A stretch of 64,000 nucleotides of DNA from Nitrospirota bacterium (GTDB taxonomy: Bacteria > Nitrospirota > UBA9217): NCBI GenBank assembly GCA_963754875.1, contig CAVWHO010000016.1, positions 224,001-288,000 of the forward strand. The letters are read 5' to 3'. This document shows positions 54,395 to 64,000 of the stretch, piece by piece. The position numbers were made by a program, and so were the translations under genes. The first letter of the stretch is position 1. Every line of letters starts with the position of its first letter. The notes beneath the pieces are model-generated. The model was given only the letters and a program-made list of their open reading frames with translations, had not been told where the DNA came from and did not search any database.

Positions 54395-54508
54395 TCACTG
54401 GACCTTGAGCTTCTGCTTCGTAAAGGAGATGAGGGTTTTCATCTGGGCGAGCAGGCTGTCGAATTCCTTGTCCTTGGCAGTTGCCGAGTGGTGAAGTACG
54501 ATCAGCAT
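54395..54508 (-). CDS. Putative 37-aa small protein
   Basis: GGGAG RBS; MLIVLHHSATAKDKEFDSLLAQMKTLISFTKQKLKVQ. Confidence 0.4.
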   Translation of the reverse strand: MLIVLHHSATAKDKEFDSLLAQMKTLISFTKQKLKVQ

Positions 54509-54596
54509 GCAGTTACTCCCGGATTACGTGATGGTCACGCCGGGTCAGGCCAGTATAATGTTTCATGACCGGGCGTAGAAAAAAACCGCCGCGTTT

Positions 54597-54812
54597 TCAT
54601 TTTTTTTCTCCCCGTTCCCGTTTCCGGCGCACCGTAATGCTCTCACCGGCAATGCCCCAGTTATCGGTATCCACTTCTTCGATGACCACGACCGTGGTTT
54701 GCGGGTTCTTTCCGAGGATATCCTGCAGCATGGTGGTCACTCCCTGGATCAGCTTCGCCTTCTGTTCCGTTGTGGCGCCTTCTTTGGTTATTTTGATGTT
54801 TACGTAGGGCAT
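54597..54812 (-). CDS. 4-oxalocrotonate tautomerase family protein
   Basis: Catalytic Pro1 (MPYVNIK), EQKAKLI, DNWGIAG. Confidence 0.92.
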   Translation of the reverse strand: MPYVNIKITKEGATTEQKAKLIQGVTTMLQDILGKNPQTTVVVIEEVDTDNWGIAGESITVRRKRERGEKK

Positions 54813-54853
54813 GCAAACCTCCGCAATCACGTGATGACGTCATACGACGTGCG

Positions 54854-55639
54854 CTAAAAAACCGTACCGCCGATATGCGCCATGGTGAGGCCTTTTGTGA
54901 TCTCGCGTTTGATATAGACTTTGATCACGCTTTGATCTTCGGGGTTGATGCGGACAAACTTTATTCCCATGCCCGAAGTTTTCAGCGGGCCTTCGCCGCG
55001 ATGGAAACTGTAAAGCACCATTCCCTCGACCTTGATTTTCAGGTCTTCCAGTAATATCGTGATGGGGATCTGGAGCCCTACAGGTTTGGGTTTTGATGTG
55101 CTGATATACATCCCCTGTTCCGACAAGGCAGTGATGTAATCTCCGCTCCCGGCAAATTCCGCGGCTTTGTCATCTCCCACGATGACGTTCAACGAAGTAT
55201 TAAGCCGGATATACTGGCGTGGCCGCGATTCCGTCGCTTTCTGTATCGCCGCGTACAGCACATCGGGCTCCACCGGCTTTTGCAGGTAGGCGGCGCACCC
55301 TTCCTGCAGAGCGGCGGCTTTGACCGCCTGGTCTTTTGACGACGTAAGCATGATGACCGGCACGGAAAAGGACTGCGGATTGCGTTTGATCTTTTTCAGG
55401 AGTTCAACACCGTCCATCCCGTTCAGGGATATTTCCGTCAAGACCAGTGCGGGATGGGCAACGCCCACGATCTCCAGTGCGTCTTCCGCGGTTTTCGCCG
55501 TATGGATATTGTATTCGAGCCGTTGCAGCAGCATGCTTGTATAATACAGATGTGCGTTGTTGCCGTCGACGACGACAAGGAAGCGTTTTTCCCGGTCCCC
55601 GGATTTTACCGCCGCATTTTGAACAATTGTGTCAGCCAT
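54854..55639 (-). CDS. Atypical receiver domain fused to a PilZ domain
   Basis: REC fold (VLTEISLNGMDG, VIMLT, YLQKP), then RQYIR, LSEQGM, GMGIKF. Confidence 0.85.
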   Translation of the reverse strand: MADTIVQNAAVKSGDREKRFLVVVDGNNAHLYYTSMLLQRLEYNIHTAKTAEDALEIVGVAHPALVLTEISLNGMDGVELLKKIKRNPQSFSVPVIMLTSSKDQAVKAAALQEGCAAYLQKPVEPDVLYAAIQKATESRPRQYIRLNTSLNVIVGDDKAAEFAGSGDYITALSEQGMYISTSKPKPVGLQIPITILLEDLKIKVEGMVLYSFHRGEGPLKTSGMGIKFVRINPEDQSVIKVYIKREITKGLTMAHIGGTVF

Positions 55640-55726
55640 CGCTGCGCTCCTTGCTGTGTGATTTCCCTAGGAAGATCATTCGTTGCTTTTGTTCCCGCAT
55701 CTCATGGTTCTTACGCCCCAAGGGGT

Positions 55727-56339
55727 TTAAATCGGCAGCTTGATTTTATACCGGATGGCGAGCATCCGCAAGATGAAAGTTACGCCGATGCAGGCGCTGA
55801 CCGCCGCAATATCGTTGCCGCCGGTATGGGTGACGATCAAATAGACCCACGCGCCCAGGAAGGCGCAGGTCGCGTACAGTTCGGTGCGCTGAAAAACATA
55901 GGGGATCTCATTGCAGATGATGTCACGCATCACGCCGCCGAAGACGCCCGTAATGACGCCGAGGAGGGATGAAACGAAGGGGGCGCAGCCGAGCTGGTCG
56001 GCGAGCGACGCGCCCGAGGCACTGAACGAGCCGAGCCCCAGTGCATCGAGCATAAGAACGAAGTGCATCACTTTCTTTTTGTTAAAAAGTTGCTCGATCT
56101 TCATCGTCGATACCATGGACAAAACGAGAAGAAGGACGGCATACTCGTAATGCTGTATCCAGAACAGCGGGTGACGGTCGAGCGTCAGGTCGCGCACGGA
56201 CGCCGCCGCCGAAGGCCGTGATCATGCCCACGGTATAGACGCCGACGATGTCCATTCCCTTCTTCCGCGCCTCGTAGATCCCCGTAAGGGCAAAGGCGAT
56301 GATACCGAGGACCTCGATTGTTTTAATGAGCGTGTTCAT
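55727..56339 (-). CDS. Trimeric intracellular cation channel (YadS-like) membrane protein (frameshift near 56200)
   Basis: AFALTG, TAFGGG-RD, DALGLG, TGVFGGVMRD. Confidence 0.9.
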
Positions 56340-56806
56340 CAGATCACGTCATTTCTCCTGGTATGTTCCTCCGGGCTCACTTTAAAGTCGAGGATCTGCC
56401 ACTGGCTGCCGTGCTTAATCAGCGAAATTTGCATCTCCACCGATCCCGCCTCGAAATCCGCGCTCGCGGTGTAGTCGGCAGTGATGTCATATCCGCTCAG
56501 GGAAATGGTTATATTGGAATCTCCGGTCGAACCGTTATACCCCTGGAACTTTCCCAGTTCCTGGAGCGATCCGAAGTAGTCCTCCACATCATCGTAATCT
56601 ACAGAAGCGTCGAGTTCAGGACTGGCGCGTTTTTGAAGTTCCTCGACGTCCCAGTCGGCAACAATCGCAGGCACAGCAGCGTCCACAAAGGCCTTGCTCT
56701 CTTTGTCCAGCTTCTTTCCGATGATTGTTACGGACGCGATCGTGGCGGCAATGACTACGATGAGGGTCAAAAAAATGTAGCCCAGAATCATGATCGTTTT
56801 TTTCAT
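56339..56806 (-). CDS. Hypothetical membrane-anchored protein
   Basis: N-terminal TM and small soluble domain ending WQILDF. Confidence 0.65.
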   Translation of the reverse strand: MKKTIMILGYIFLTLIVVIAATIASVTIIGKKLDKESKAFVDAAVPAIVADWDVEELQKRASPELDASVDYDDVEDYFGSLQELGKFQGYNGSTGDSNITISLSGYDITADYTASADFEAGSVEMQISLIKHGSQWQILDFKVSPEEHTRRNDVI

Positions 56807-57090
56807 GGATGGTCCTGCTCCTGCTGTTTAACAGCGGGGCTCTTCTTCCTTACAATAATAACACGATTTTTCATTCTGTATGGTATATCTTGCCGGATGG
56901 CCGGGAGAGCCTCAGGTCCTCCTCGGGACGATGTCGCTGCCGACGGCTCGGCATCGGGTAAGGAATGCGCAGCGGGCGCTGCGAAACCTAGTGGAGCCCT
57001 CCGGCAGGAGCCGGAGGCTCCAAATACATACACGACCTCCCGCCTGCACCCGGCGTTTACGGGTGCAATAGCACGAATGCAGGGCGCGCG

Positions 57091-59073
57091 TTACGGCGCG
57101 TTCCTCCCCCGGCGGGGGCCGGGGGATTCCAAGTCGCGGGATCGGGCCATGCTCCCAAGCTCATCGAGCAACGTTCCTGCGCTTCCCGGATCATGGAAAG
57201 CCGCGGCCTTTGCCTCGTTCCACCTGCGCCGGAGCTTCTTCACCTTCTCGCCCCTTGCCTCTTTCTTCTTCAGGAGCCGATCCAGTACCTTCAGCCGGGC
57301 ATGGTCAGCCTGCAGATCTCTGCTAAAACTGCGGTACTTCACAGGATCGGCTTTCGGAATCGAAAAGTCGCCCTTTGTCTTCCAGATGTCGCCCAGATGG
57401 AGCCATGCGGCAAAAGCGGTCGTCTTTTCATCAGCCAGAGGAACGATCTTCGATGTGGCCCTGATGTCCGTTACGTGAAGTCCGTTCTTGTCCGCTACAA
57501 CTTTCTGGCTGCCGGTGAACGGCTCTGCTCCCTGCGTATCAAAATACTTCCACGTCACCCGTGCGATTTGCGTCTCTGAGCCATGGCAGCTTTCACAGGT
57601 GCGGGACTTGCCGTAAGGATGCGCAACCTCTTCCACCTGAAGCCACGCAAGGTAATTGTTGTTCCCGCTGGCAACTCTGAATGTTCCGAGAAGCGCATAT
57701 GCGTCGTGGGTCTCTCCCTTTGGCCAGCGGAATGTGAGCCCCGGTGTCGGTTTGATGACTTCTTTGATGCCGCCTGCGCTGTTCGGCCAGATCTTCGTCG
57801 GCATCCACCTGCCGTTCTGATCTTTGAGCAGGATCGGCGGTTCCTGCGGTCCATAGTACAGCGAATACTTTTTGAAGGGATTCGGTTTGGAGAGGATCTC
57901 CCCGGGTCCCCAGGAGGTCATCTCATAGCCGCCGAGGACCTTCACGTGGCAGGCAGCACAGGCAAGGTTCTTGTGAACGCTCGTGGCCATTGCCTGTTCT
58001 ACTTCGACGTGGCAGTCCTGGCACGTCGCCTTTCGGTCAATATGTCCCATGCCGCCTGGCCCGGTTTCGTGACAACCGACGCACTCGATCTTCTGGGCGA
58101 CGTGGACATCTTCAGGCAGACCGGCTGGCTCCGAGAAATCTTTGCCGAGATAGCTGTCCCCGCGCCTTCGCTCCATGGTCCCGGCATGACACACGAAAGT
58201 GCTCCGCCCCCCTCCGGTGCAGTTCGGCGACGGCGGGATGCGGCTGAACGCGTGGACGCCCTGCTTCGGCGTGGGCGCATAATGACAGTCGAGACATCCC
58301 GCGTGGCAGATGTTGCACGCCTTCTGCTTCGCGATCGCCTGATCGTGAGAGAGCGGGAGATTTATCTGTTCAATAATCTTTTTTGTATTCTCGAAGGAGA
58401 ACTTATTTCCTTCTGCCCTGCCGACCGGCTGGGTGTCCGCAAAAGACGGCCCTCAATTATTCGGGCCGTGAATATCGTCCCAGACCCGCATGGACCGCTG
58501 CCGGAAATTCGCGCCCATGATGCTCGTACTGAATTGCTTCACTTCTTCGGGATGGCACGAAGACTGGCCGCAGGTCTTCTGCGCGATACGGGGATCGTAG
58601 CCTAAGGTGAGCGTGTTCCGGTCGTGATACAGGATCGTGCCCACGTCGTAATCGAGCGACCCGTCAGCAAGGCGCGGAAGCATGTTCCGCAAGCGGTCTC
58701 CTCCTGAAGGAAGGAGCTGATTGACATGGTTTTTGCGCGGTATGATGTTCAGGTCATTGTCCAGCACGATGAGCTTGAGCATTCTCTTGTGCGCCCTGTC
58801 GGGATCATCGGACAGGCCGTTGCCGAGGTGGCAATCGCGGCATTCGGTGTTCGGGTGGCGGGATTCCTTCTGCACCTGCTCGCGGGTCATCACGAACTGG
58901 GGGTAGCCGAGCTTTGTCATGCGTGCTTTGTCCGCATGGCAGGCAACACACTTGTCGCTGGATTGGTAGCCGGAATAGAAGAAGAGGAACAGCAGAACGA
59001 GGGCGAGTTGGAGGAGAAGGATGCTCATCCCGCGCTTGCTTCCGAAAAAATTCCAGAGTCTTCCAATGGCCAT
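57091..59073 (-). CDS. Membrane-anchored multiheme c-type cytochrome, predicted selenoprotein (UGA at 58453-58455), 660 aa
   Basis: ORFs 58453..59073 and 57091..58194 are in frame and separated only by one TGA (HGPNN-U-GPSF); 8 CxxCH plus CX4CH and CX9CH motifs. Confidence 0.85.
58409..58452 (-). other. Bacterial SECIS-like hairpin
   Basis: After UGA: UCUUUUGC...CCCAGCC-GGUC-GGCAGGG-CAGAAGG; apical GGUC loop 26 nt from UGA. Confidence 0.7.
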
Positions 59074-59131
59074 AAGAGGTTCTTTTAGATAAAAGTTAGA
59101 ATTTTCTTTTCCTGGTCGATTTGCGGCGCTC

Positions 59132-59446
59132 TTATTCTACGTTCCACTCGCCGGGTTTTAAATGCGTGAAGATATCCCGGCTCCCATGGATGACGGCAAC
59201 GATGGAACATGATGTATCGCTCGCTTTATAGATTATTCGGTAGGCCCCATAAATAAGTTCCCGGATGGATTGATCGTTGAATTCGGGAACTATGCGGCCA
59301 AGGAAGGGAGACTGTTGAAGTATGCGCGGTGCTTGAACAACACGCACGCCGAACCGTTCTGCATAGACGACGGAGTCTTTGGCAATATACTCAATGATGC
59401 TCTGAAGATCGTTCAGCGCCGGTTCTGTCCAGACGACTTTAGCCAT
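59132..59446 (-). CDS. RelE/ParE family type II toxin
   Basis: VVWTEPALNDLQSIIEYIAKDS, GRIVPE, RELIYGAYRIIY, VIHGSRD. Confidence 0.92.
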   Translation of the reverse strand: MAKVVWTEPALNDLQSIIEYIAKDSVVYAERFGVRVVQAPRILQQSPFLGRIVPEFNDQSIRELIYGAYRIIYKASDTSCSIVAVIHGSRDIFTHLKPGEWNVE

Positions 59447-59619
59447 CCCTCAACCCTTTTTTCAGCCTCTTTCTGTGTTACCACGCGTCCTTCGTCAATT
59501 GCTTTCAGGCCGTGCTCCACTTTTTCCCGTACGTAGAGGTGATAATGAATATCCTCCAGGGTTGAGTCTTCGGGAAGGGACTTGATGAGCTCGATCACTT
59601 GTTCTTTTACATGTGCCAT
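59413..59619 (-). CDS. Cognate antitoxin
   Basis: 68 aa overlapping the toxin start; LPEDSTLEDIHYHLYVREKVEHGLKAIDEGRVV. Confidence 0.85.
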   Translation of the reverse strand: MAHVKEQVIELIKSLPEDSTLEDIHYHLYVREKVEHGLKAIDEGRVVTQKEAEKRVEGWLKSSGQNRR

Positions 59620-59756
59620 ACCGCCACCTCCAACTGCATTATTCTAACATACCTCTGCGTGTTTTCACATAAAAATAAATTGTCGAGCATACTGATTTCA
59701 AGCCCAGCAGTGCGTCCATCCCAGGCGCGAGGTTCCTGTTCGCTTGAGCCAGGAAC

Positions 59757-59790
59757 GTAGGTCGGGTAGAGCACAGGGCAAACCCGACAT
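59757..59790. repeat. GTAG-type REP-like element
   Basis: GTAGGTCGGGTAGAGC...AACCCGACAT; near-identical copy at 62109. Confidence 0.7.
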
Positions 59791-59837
59791 CATTCATTTC
59801 GCTAATTTCACGGTAAGGTTTGTGCTGCGCGACCGCC

Positions 59838-60833
59838 CTAGTAAAAATCCCGCATCAGAAAAAATCGTTCTTTCACCTTAGCTGATTCCATCGGCCGAAA
59901 CGTTCTGATCTGACCCTGATTCTCACTATATCGTATCTCATAAGGTTGACCGAGCACCTGCGTTAAGTGATAGAACGTCACAAATTCGGCAAAATCCTCG
60001 GCCCAACTCATGCTTCCATATAATGAGGCAAAAGGCGTCTCCAGAAGCTGCTCGTAGATCCGGACAGCGTCGGAGATTTCTATCTTCGGCTGAACGCTGT
60101 AAAATGCAATGTTTTTCCTCATCTGAAAATCGTATTGAGGCAATGGCGTTGTAGGATCGACCCAGGTATTTCCGGTAAAGGACGTCGCTGTCGTCTTAAC
60201 TCTCTTAATAAGCTGGATGTGCTTTTCAGCATAGGGGGTATACGATTCGACATAATCTACAACATGAGTCGCTTCGTGGATAAGCGCGTAGATAAAGCCG
60301 GTAAATTTCGTGCCGCAATTTACTTCTATTTTTACGTCCAACGCGTTCCTTATAAAACAGGTATTTTCACGATAGGTCAGCCATTTTGACAAGTCCGTCT
60401 TCAGCGTGTCCGGGTTGAACAGCATGACGGTGTAGATATTACTTTTCTCATCGAGAACATAATCCGTTGCCCCGCTCCCCTGCAGGTTATGAATGAAATA
60501 GATTGCGATGAGGCGCTTCTGAAGCACTTCTTTGTGACGCCGGGGGAGTTTTTCCATATAGTCCCCGATCATGCGCATCTCTTTCTGCGTCGGCATGTAT
60601 GCGGAATAGTTCGTGACCTTGTCCGTCTTATTCCAGAAGCCCACGACGAAATCGGGGGCTTGTTTTACTCTCGAAAGGATCGTGGACGTATTGTCGAACG
60701 CATACGCTTTGAGGTTCTTCGCCGGTATTGAGGCAAGGGTATTGAGAAGTTTCGTGCGGGGACTGGTTTGACACGAGAGAAGCGAGAAGAGGGCGATGCA
60801 TAGTAAAAAAGATCCGGCAATCTTATTCTTCAT
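59838..60833 (-). CDS. Hypothetical lipoprotein with HExxH motif (putative zinc metallopeptidase)
   Basis: LLSC lipobox, IHEATHVVD, YG...AEDFAE. Confidence 0.75.
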   Translation of the reverse strand: MKNKIAGSFLLCIALFSLLSCQTSPRTKLLNTLASIPAKNLKAYAFDNTSTILSRVKQAPDFVVGFWNKTDKVTNYSAYMPTQKEMRMIGDYMEKLPRRHKEVLQKRLIAIYFIHNLQGSGATDYVLDEKSNIYTVMLFNPDTLKTDLSKWLTYRENTCFIRNALDVKIEVNCGTKFTGFIYALIHEATHVVDYVESYTPYAEKHIQLIKRVKTTATSFTGNTWVDPTTPLPQYDFQMRKNIAFYSVQPKIEISDAVRIYEQLLETPFASLYGSMSWAEDFAEFVTFYHLTQVLGQPYEIRYSENQGQIRTFRPMESAKVKERFFLMRDFY

Positions 60834-60939
60834 AATTATTTCCTCTGTGCGCCCGTTCATCCGTGGAATTCAAGCAACTTTACCGTGCCGCTGTGCAGTT
60901 CGAACAACGTGTCGCTTTAGGCGGAGTCGGGCCGGGCCC

Positions 60940-61512
60940 TCATTCCAGTACTATGTCGTACTGGCTTAACAAACCGGCTATACCGGGAAAGGAAAACTTC
61001 GCTTTCCGAACAGTGTTCATTTCAAGGTTAATCGTGTAATTGCGAGACGTTTTAAAATCAGCTTGGCTCAAGTTTGTGCGCCTAAAAACAGTGTTCGAGA
61101 GGTCGCAGTTGTCAAAGGAGGCGCCTGTCAAGTCCGCTTCGGTGAAGTCCGCCTCCCTGATGCTACATTCTTTGAATCTCGTTTTTTTCAACTTGTTCTT
61201 GATGAAAATAGAATAGTCCAGGCTACATTTCTCAAAGCTCACCGCAAACAGGAGGGGGAGACATCTACTAAAGTCGACTCCAACTACCTTGCAGTTCAAA
61301 AAAGTCACATTTCTCATCCCAGCACGGTTGACCTTCGTCATGCTCAGATTGCAGTCAATAAATTTGCAGTCAGTAAAGCGCGTGTCGGACAGGTCGCTCT
61401 CAGAGAAATCGCAGTTTATGAAGGTGCAATCTTCGAATTCCTCACCCGCCAATCCGGTTCCTGCATAAGAGACCTTCTCGAAAACCTTATCAGCGTGTGA
61501 TACTTCCTTCAC
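60940..61512 (-). CDS. Pentapeptide repeat protein
   Basis: Repeated CTFIN/CDFSE/SDLSD/ADFTE units. Confidence 0.92.
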   Translation of the reverse strand: MKEVSHADKVFEKVSYAGTGLAGEEFEDCTFINCDFSESDLSDTRFTDCKFIDCNLSMTKVNRAGMRNVTFLNCKVVGVDFSRCLPLLFAVSFEKCSLDYSIFIKNKLKKTRFKECSIREADFTEADLTGASFDNCDLSNTVFRRTNLSQADFKTSRNYTINLEMNTVRKAKFSFPGIAGLLSQYDIVLE

Positions 61513-61549
61513 CTAAATCCCCTTGCTGCCCGATATCGTCGTGCCGGCG

Positions 61550-62032
61550 TTATTGTTTCGGTTTGATTGGTATCCATATTTCCTCTTCTGAATTTGGGTC
61601 TTCATTTTTATATTTTTCACCTAATAGTTCGAAATGCGGCCTATTGTCTAAAGAGTAATCAGAATTTGGCAACCAAGTCCCGAAAATATACTGAAATGTT
61701 TCTCGTCCTGCGCTTGCAGCTCCTTTATGTAAAAAAACGGCATAAAGTCCGCCTGACAATGTAATGGTTTCCATTTCATGAGGAACCGCATTAAAGTCCG
61801 TCACTTCAATAACCGCCCATTTTTCAAATTCTGTGTTTGGGTTAAAATTCCTAAAATACAAATCATCATACACTTGCAATGAATAAAGTTCCGTGCCAAT
61901 GTTGTTTTTTATTTCTTTTCGCATGGGCATAAAGTTTCGCCATAGTTCACCTGTTTTATTGTCGGACAAAGACATTATCATTCGTTTCCCAATTAATTTT
62001 TTTTCGGTTAATAGTTCCATCCTCGCTTTCAT
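61550..62032 (-). CDS. GyrI-like small-molecule-binding domain protein
   Basis: GLYAVFLHKG, YIFGTWLPNS, RPHFE, EEEIWIPI. Confidence 0.9.
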   Translation of the reverse strand: MKARMELLTEKKLIGKRMIMSLSDNKTGELWRNFMPMRKEIKNNIGTELYSLQVYDDLYFRNFNPNTEFEKWAVIEVTDFNAVPHEMETITLSGGLYAVFLHKGAASAGRETFQYIFGTWLPNSDYSLDNRPHFELLGEKYKNEDPNSEEEIWIPIKPKQ

Positions 62033-62108
62033 AATGAAATGGCTATTCCTTTTTGTTGCCAATTTGTCCTGCCGTGTCGGTTCGCTTGCACCTAACCAGA
62101 CAAAGTCC

Positions 62109-62304
62109 GTAGGTCGGGTAGAGCGCAACGCAACCCGACATCCTTTCTAAACATCGTTTCTTAACACAGGACTCCCTGTCGAGAGACGTGTTGCCAAACA
62201 ATGGTCTTTGTTTACGGTCAGACAGATAGCGCGGCGCCGGTCCTCCTTACAAGGTGACACTTACAAAAGCGTCGGCTTTCGCGACGTCGCTCTACCCGAC
62301 CTGC
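62109..62304. repeat. Inverted pair of GTAG-type REP-like elements
   Basis: 62109-62141 GTAGGTCGGGTAGAGC... and reverse-complement copy ...GCTCTACCCGACCTGC at 62271-62304. Confidence 0.7.
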
Positions 62305-62340
62305 TGGCTGGTCAGGCGTGCTGTATCTCATCACTTTTTT

Positions 62341-62730
62341 TCAGGAGTTTTCCTGACCCGATTCAGCCATGACCTGCTTACGAATCTCGTCGCGCAGATA
62401 ATCCAGCAGCTCCTGAGAACTCAGGCCTCGCCGTTGAGTCTCGGTTCTGACCCAATCTAACAACAACAGCCGCTGGGGAAGCGGCATGCCTTCAGTGCTA
62501 AGGGCTAGAGTGGAGCCGCAAGGACAATTCGTCAGCGCGACAGACCCAATTGGCCGCATGGTGTGCCAATTGTCCAATTCTGCATCGTAGGACATGGACG
62601 GCCCAATACGTTTGGTGATCAGAATATACTCGCGCAGCGTGGTAAAACAGCGGTTACAATTTGGGCAGACCTTGGGGAAAAGCCCTTCAAAGTGTTCGCG
62701 TAGTGTCTTGATAACCTCATCTTCTGTCAT
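62341..62730 (-). CDS. Hypothetical protein with CxxC...CxC metal-binding motif
   Basis: FPKVCPNCNR ... NCPCGSTL. Confidence 0.65.
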   Translation of the reverse strand: MTEDEVIKTLREHFEGLFPKVCPNCNRCFTTLREYILITKRIGPSMSYDAELDNWHTMRPIGSVALTNCPCGSTLALSTEGMPLPQRLLLLDWVRTETQRRGLSSQELLDYLRDEIRKQVMAESGQENS

Positions 62731-62772
62731 AGCGGGAAAAGTTGAACCAATGTCTCCGATCTTGCCGCTCGT

Positions 62773-64000
62773 TTATATACTTCTCTCGTATCCGCAGAAG
62801 GGGCACCGCCAGGCCTTCTCCTCCTCGTGCCAATTCATTTTCTTACGGCAGGCCGGACAAGTCTTTTTTTTGGGCGATGGTTGGTGATGGGACGTTGATG
62901 ATCTCTTTTTTGGTTCCTGGTATTCGTTGAACGGCAGGTCCGCCAAAGGGACGGCAAAGGGCGGAGATGGATCGGAAATCGGCCCCGAAGCCGGAGCGGG
63001 TTTAGGTGCGTTCGTATGTGCACTTTTCTCTTCGTTTTTATCCTGAACGTCACCCTCTTTTGATTCTTCGTATGCGCAGGAAAAACAAATCCACTTTTTC
63101 TCATTAATGTAGAAATCCATTCGCCCCCCGCACATAGGGCATTTTTTCTGCCATTCTGTATCCTGCGGCGCAGAAGGCTCAGGGATTTCGTTTTTCTGCT
63201 CGCTGCCTCCCTTTTCCTCTTTTAATTCTTCGTATGCGCAGGAATAACACCTCCACTTTTTCTCCCTAATGTTGAAGTCCATTCGCCCCCCGCACATAGG
63301 GCATTTTTTCTGCAATTCCATATCCTGCGGCGCAGAAGGCCCAGGGATTTCGTTTTTCTGCTCGCTGCCTCCCTTTTCCTGGCTGGGAATATCACTTTTA
63401 ATGGAATCCCTGGGCAGGATTGGCTGAGAGGCCGCACTTTCAGCAGCTAGACTTCCGCGACTTTCTTATTGATATAGGTTATCTCTGCCGCAATATCCGC
63501 GAAGAGTTCCCCCACTGCCTTCGAGACGAGTTCCGTATCCTTTTCCCGCGCCGCCATGCCGGTGAGGATCTCTTTTTCTTCGCTCTCAAGCCGCCCTATT
63601 CTTTCCCGCAGTTTCGATATCTCTTCTCTTATCTCCCGCGATTTGGCTTCCATGACTTTAAGCTCGTCGCGCCAGCCGGAGAGGAGCGCTCAATAAGCCC
63701 TTCTCGAGTATTTTAAGCTCCTCAAGCTGATTGTTAACGGCCTTAGCGATATCTTGCCGGCTTACCTTCGAAGTCGTCGATAACGCTTTGATAGCGGCAT
63801 TATAACGCTGTTTCTCGTCAGGAATGATTTCCCGGAACGATTCCACGAGTCCGTGGAATTTCCCGAATATCGTATCCTCACTTTCAATTATTTTTTTTAT
63901 TTCATCGCGAAGACGGTGGATTTTGGATGACAGCTCTTCGCCTCCCTTCGTTTTCACAAAGAGATCGGCAGCTATCCGGGAAAGGATTTCGTTCCTGTTT
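62773..64000 (-). CDS. Coiled-coil protein with three C-terminal zinc ribbons (partial; frameshifts near 63450 and 63670)
   Basis: ORFs 63658.., 63447.. and 62773.. join by single-base shifts; two CPMC/CxSC ribbons and one CPAC/CPFC. Confidence 0.65.
63055..63380. repeat. 162-bp (54-codon) intragenic tandem duplication
   Basis: CGCCCCCCGCACATAGGGCATTTTTTCTGC at 63122 and 63284, flanks nearly identical. Confidence 0.9.

Noticed and set aside
63055..63380. CRISPR array (also considered for the heptamer and REP repeats)
   Set aside because: No constant repeat with unique spacers; this is an in-frame coding duplication, and no cas genes are present.

Overview
Bacterial window, probably from an anaerobic or microaerobic Nitrospirota/Desulfobacterota-like organism (inferred from protein character). 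Many conserved genes carry single-base frameshifts, most likely uncorrected assembly indels. Left to right: (1) a minus-strand complex I operon (nuoA-B-C-D...E-F-G-H-I') whose NADH module has HydABC/Hnd electron-bifurcating architecture, with a five-gene DRTGG/CBS-kinase/DRTGG/PHP/HATPase block between nuoD and nuoE; (2) a Mo-nitrogenase cluster (nifH-D-K-EN-X-I1-I2-fdxB-GNAT, then nifB-hesA); (3) ntrBC-like genes, two amtB and a PII gene, with four sigma54 promoters sharing a tandem 17-bp upstream motif; (4) a PerR/SOD/rubrerythrin cluster with an IS200 element whose ends can be placed exactly; (5) envelope and signalling genes (BamA-like, SurA-N, SppA, HisKA-only sensor, REC-PilZ); (6) a multiheme c-type cytochrome with an in-frame UGA followed by a SECIS-like hairpin (predicted selenoprotein); (7) a ParE/RelE-type toxin-antitoxin pair and accessory genes with REP-like repeats. 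No rRNA, tRNA or CRISPR array was seen.
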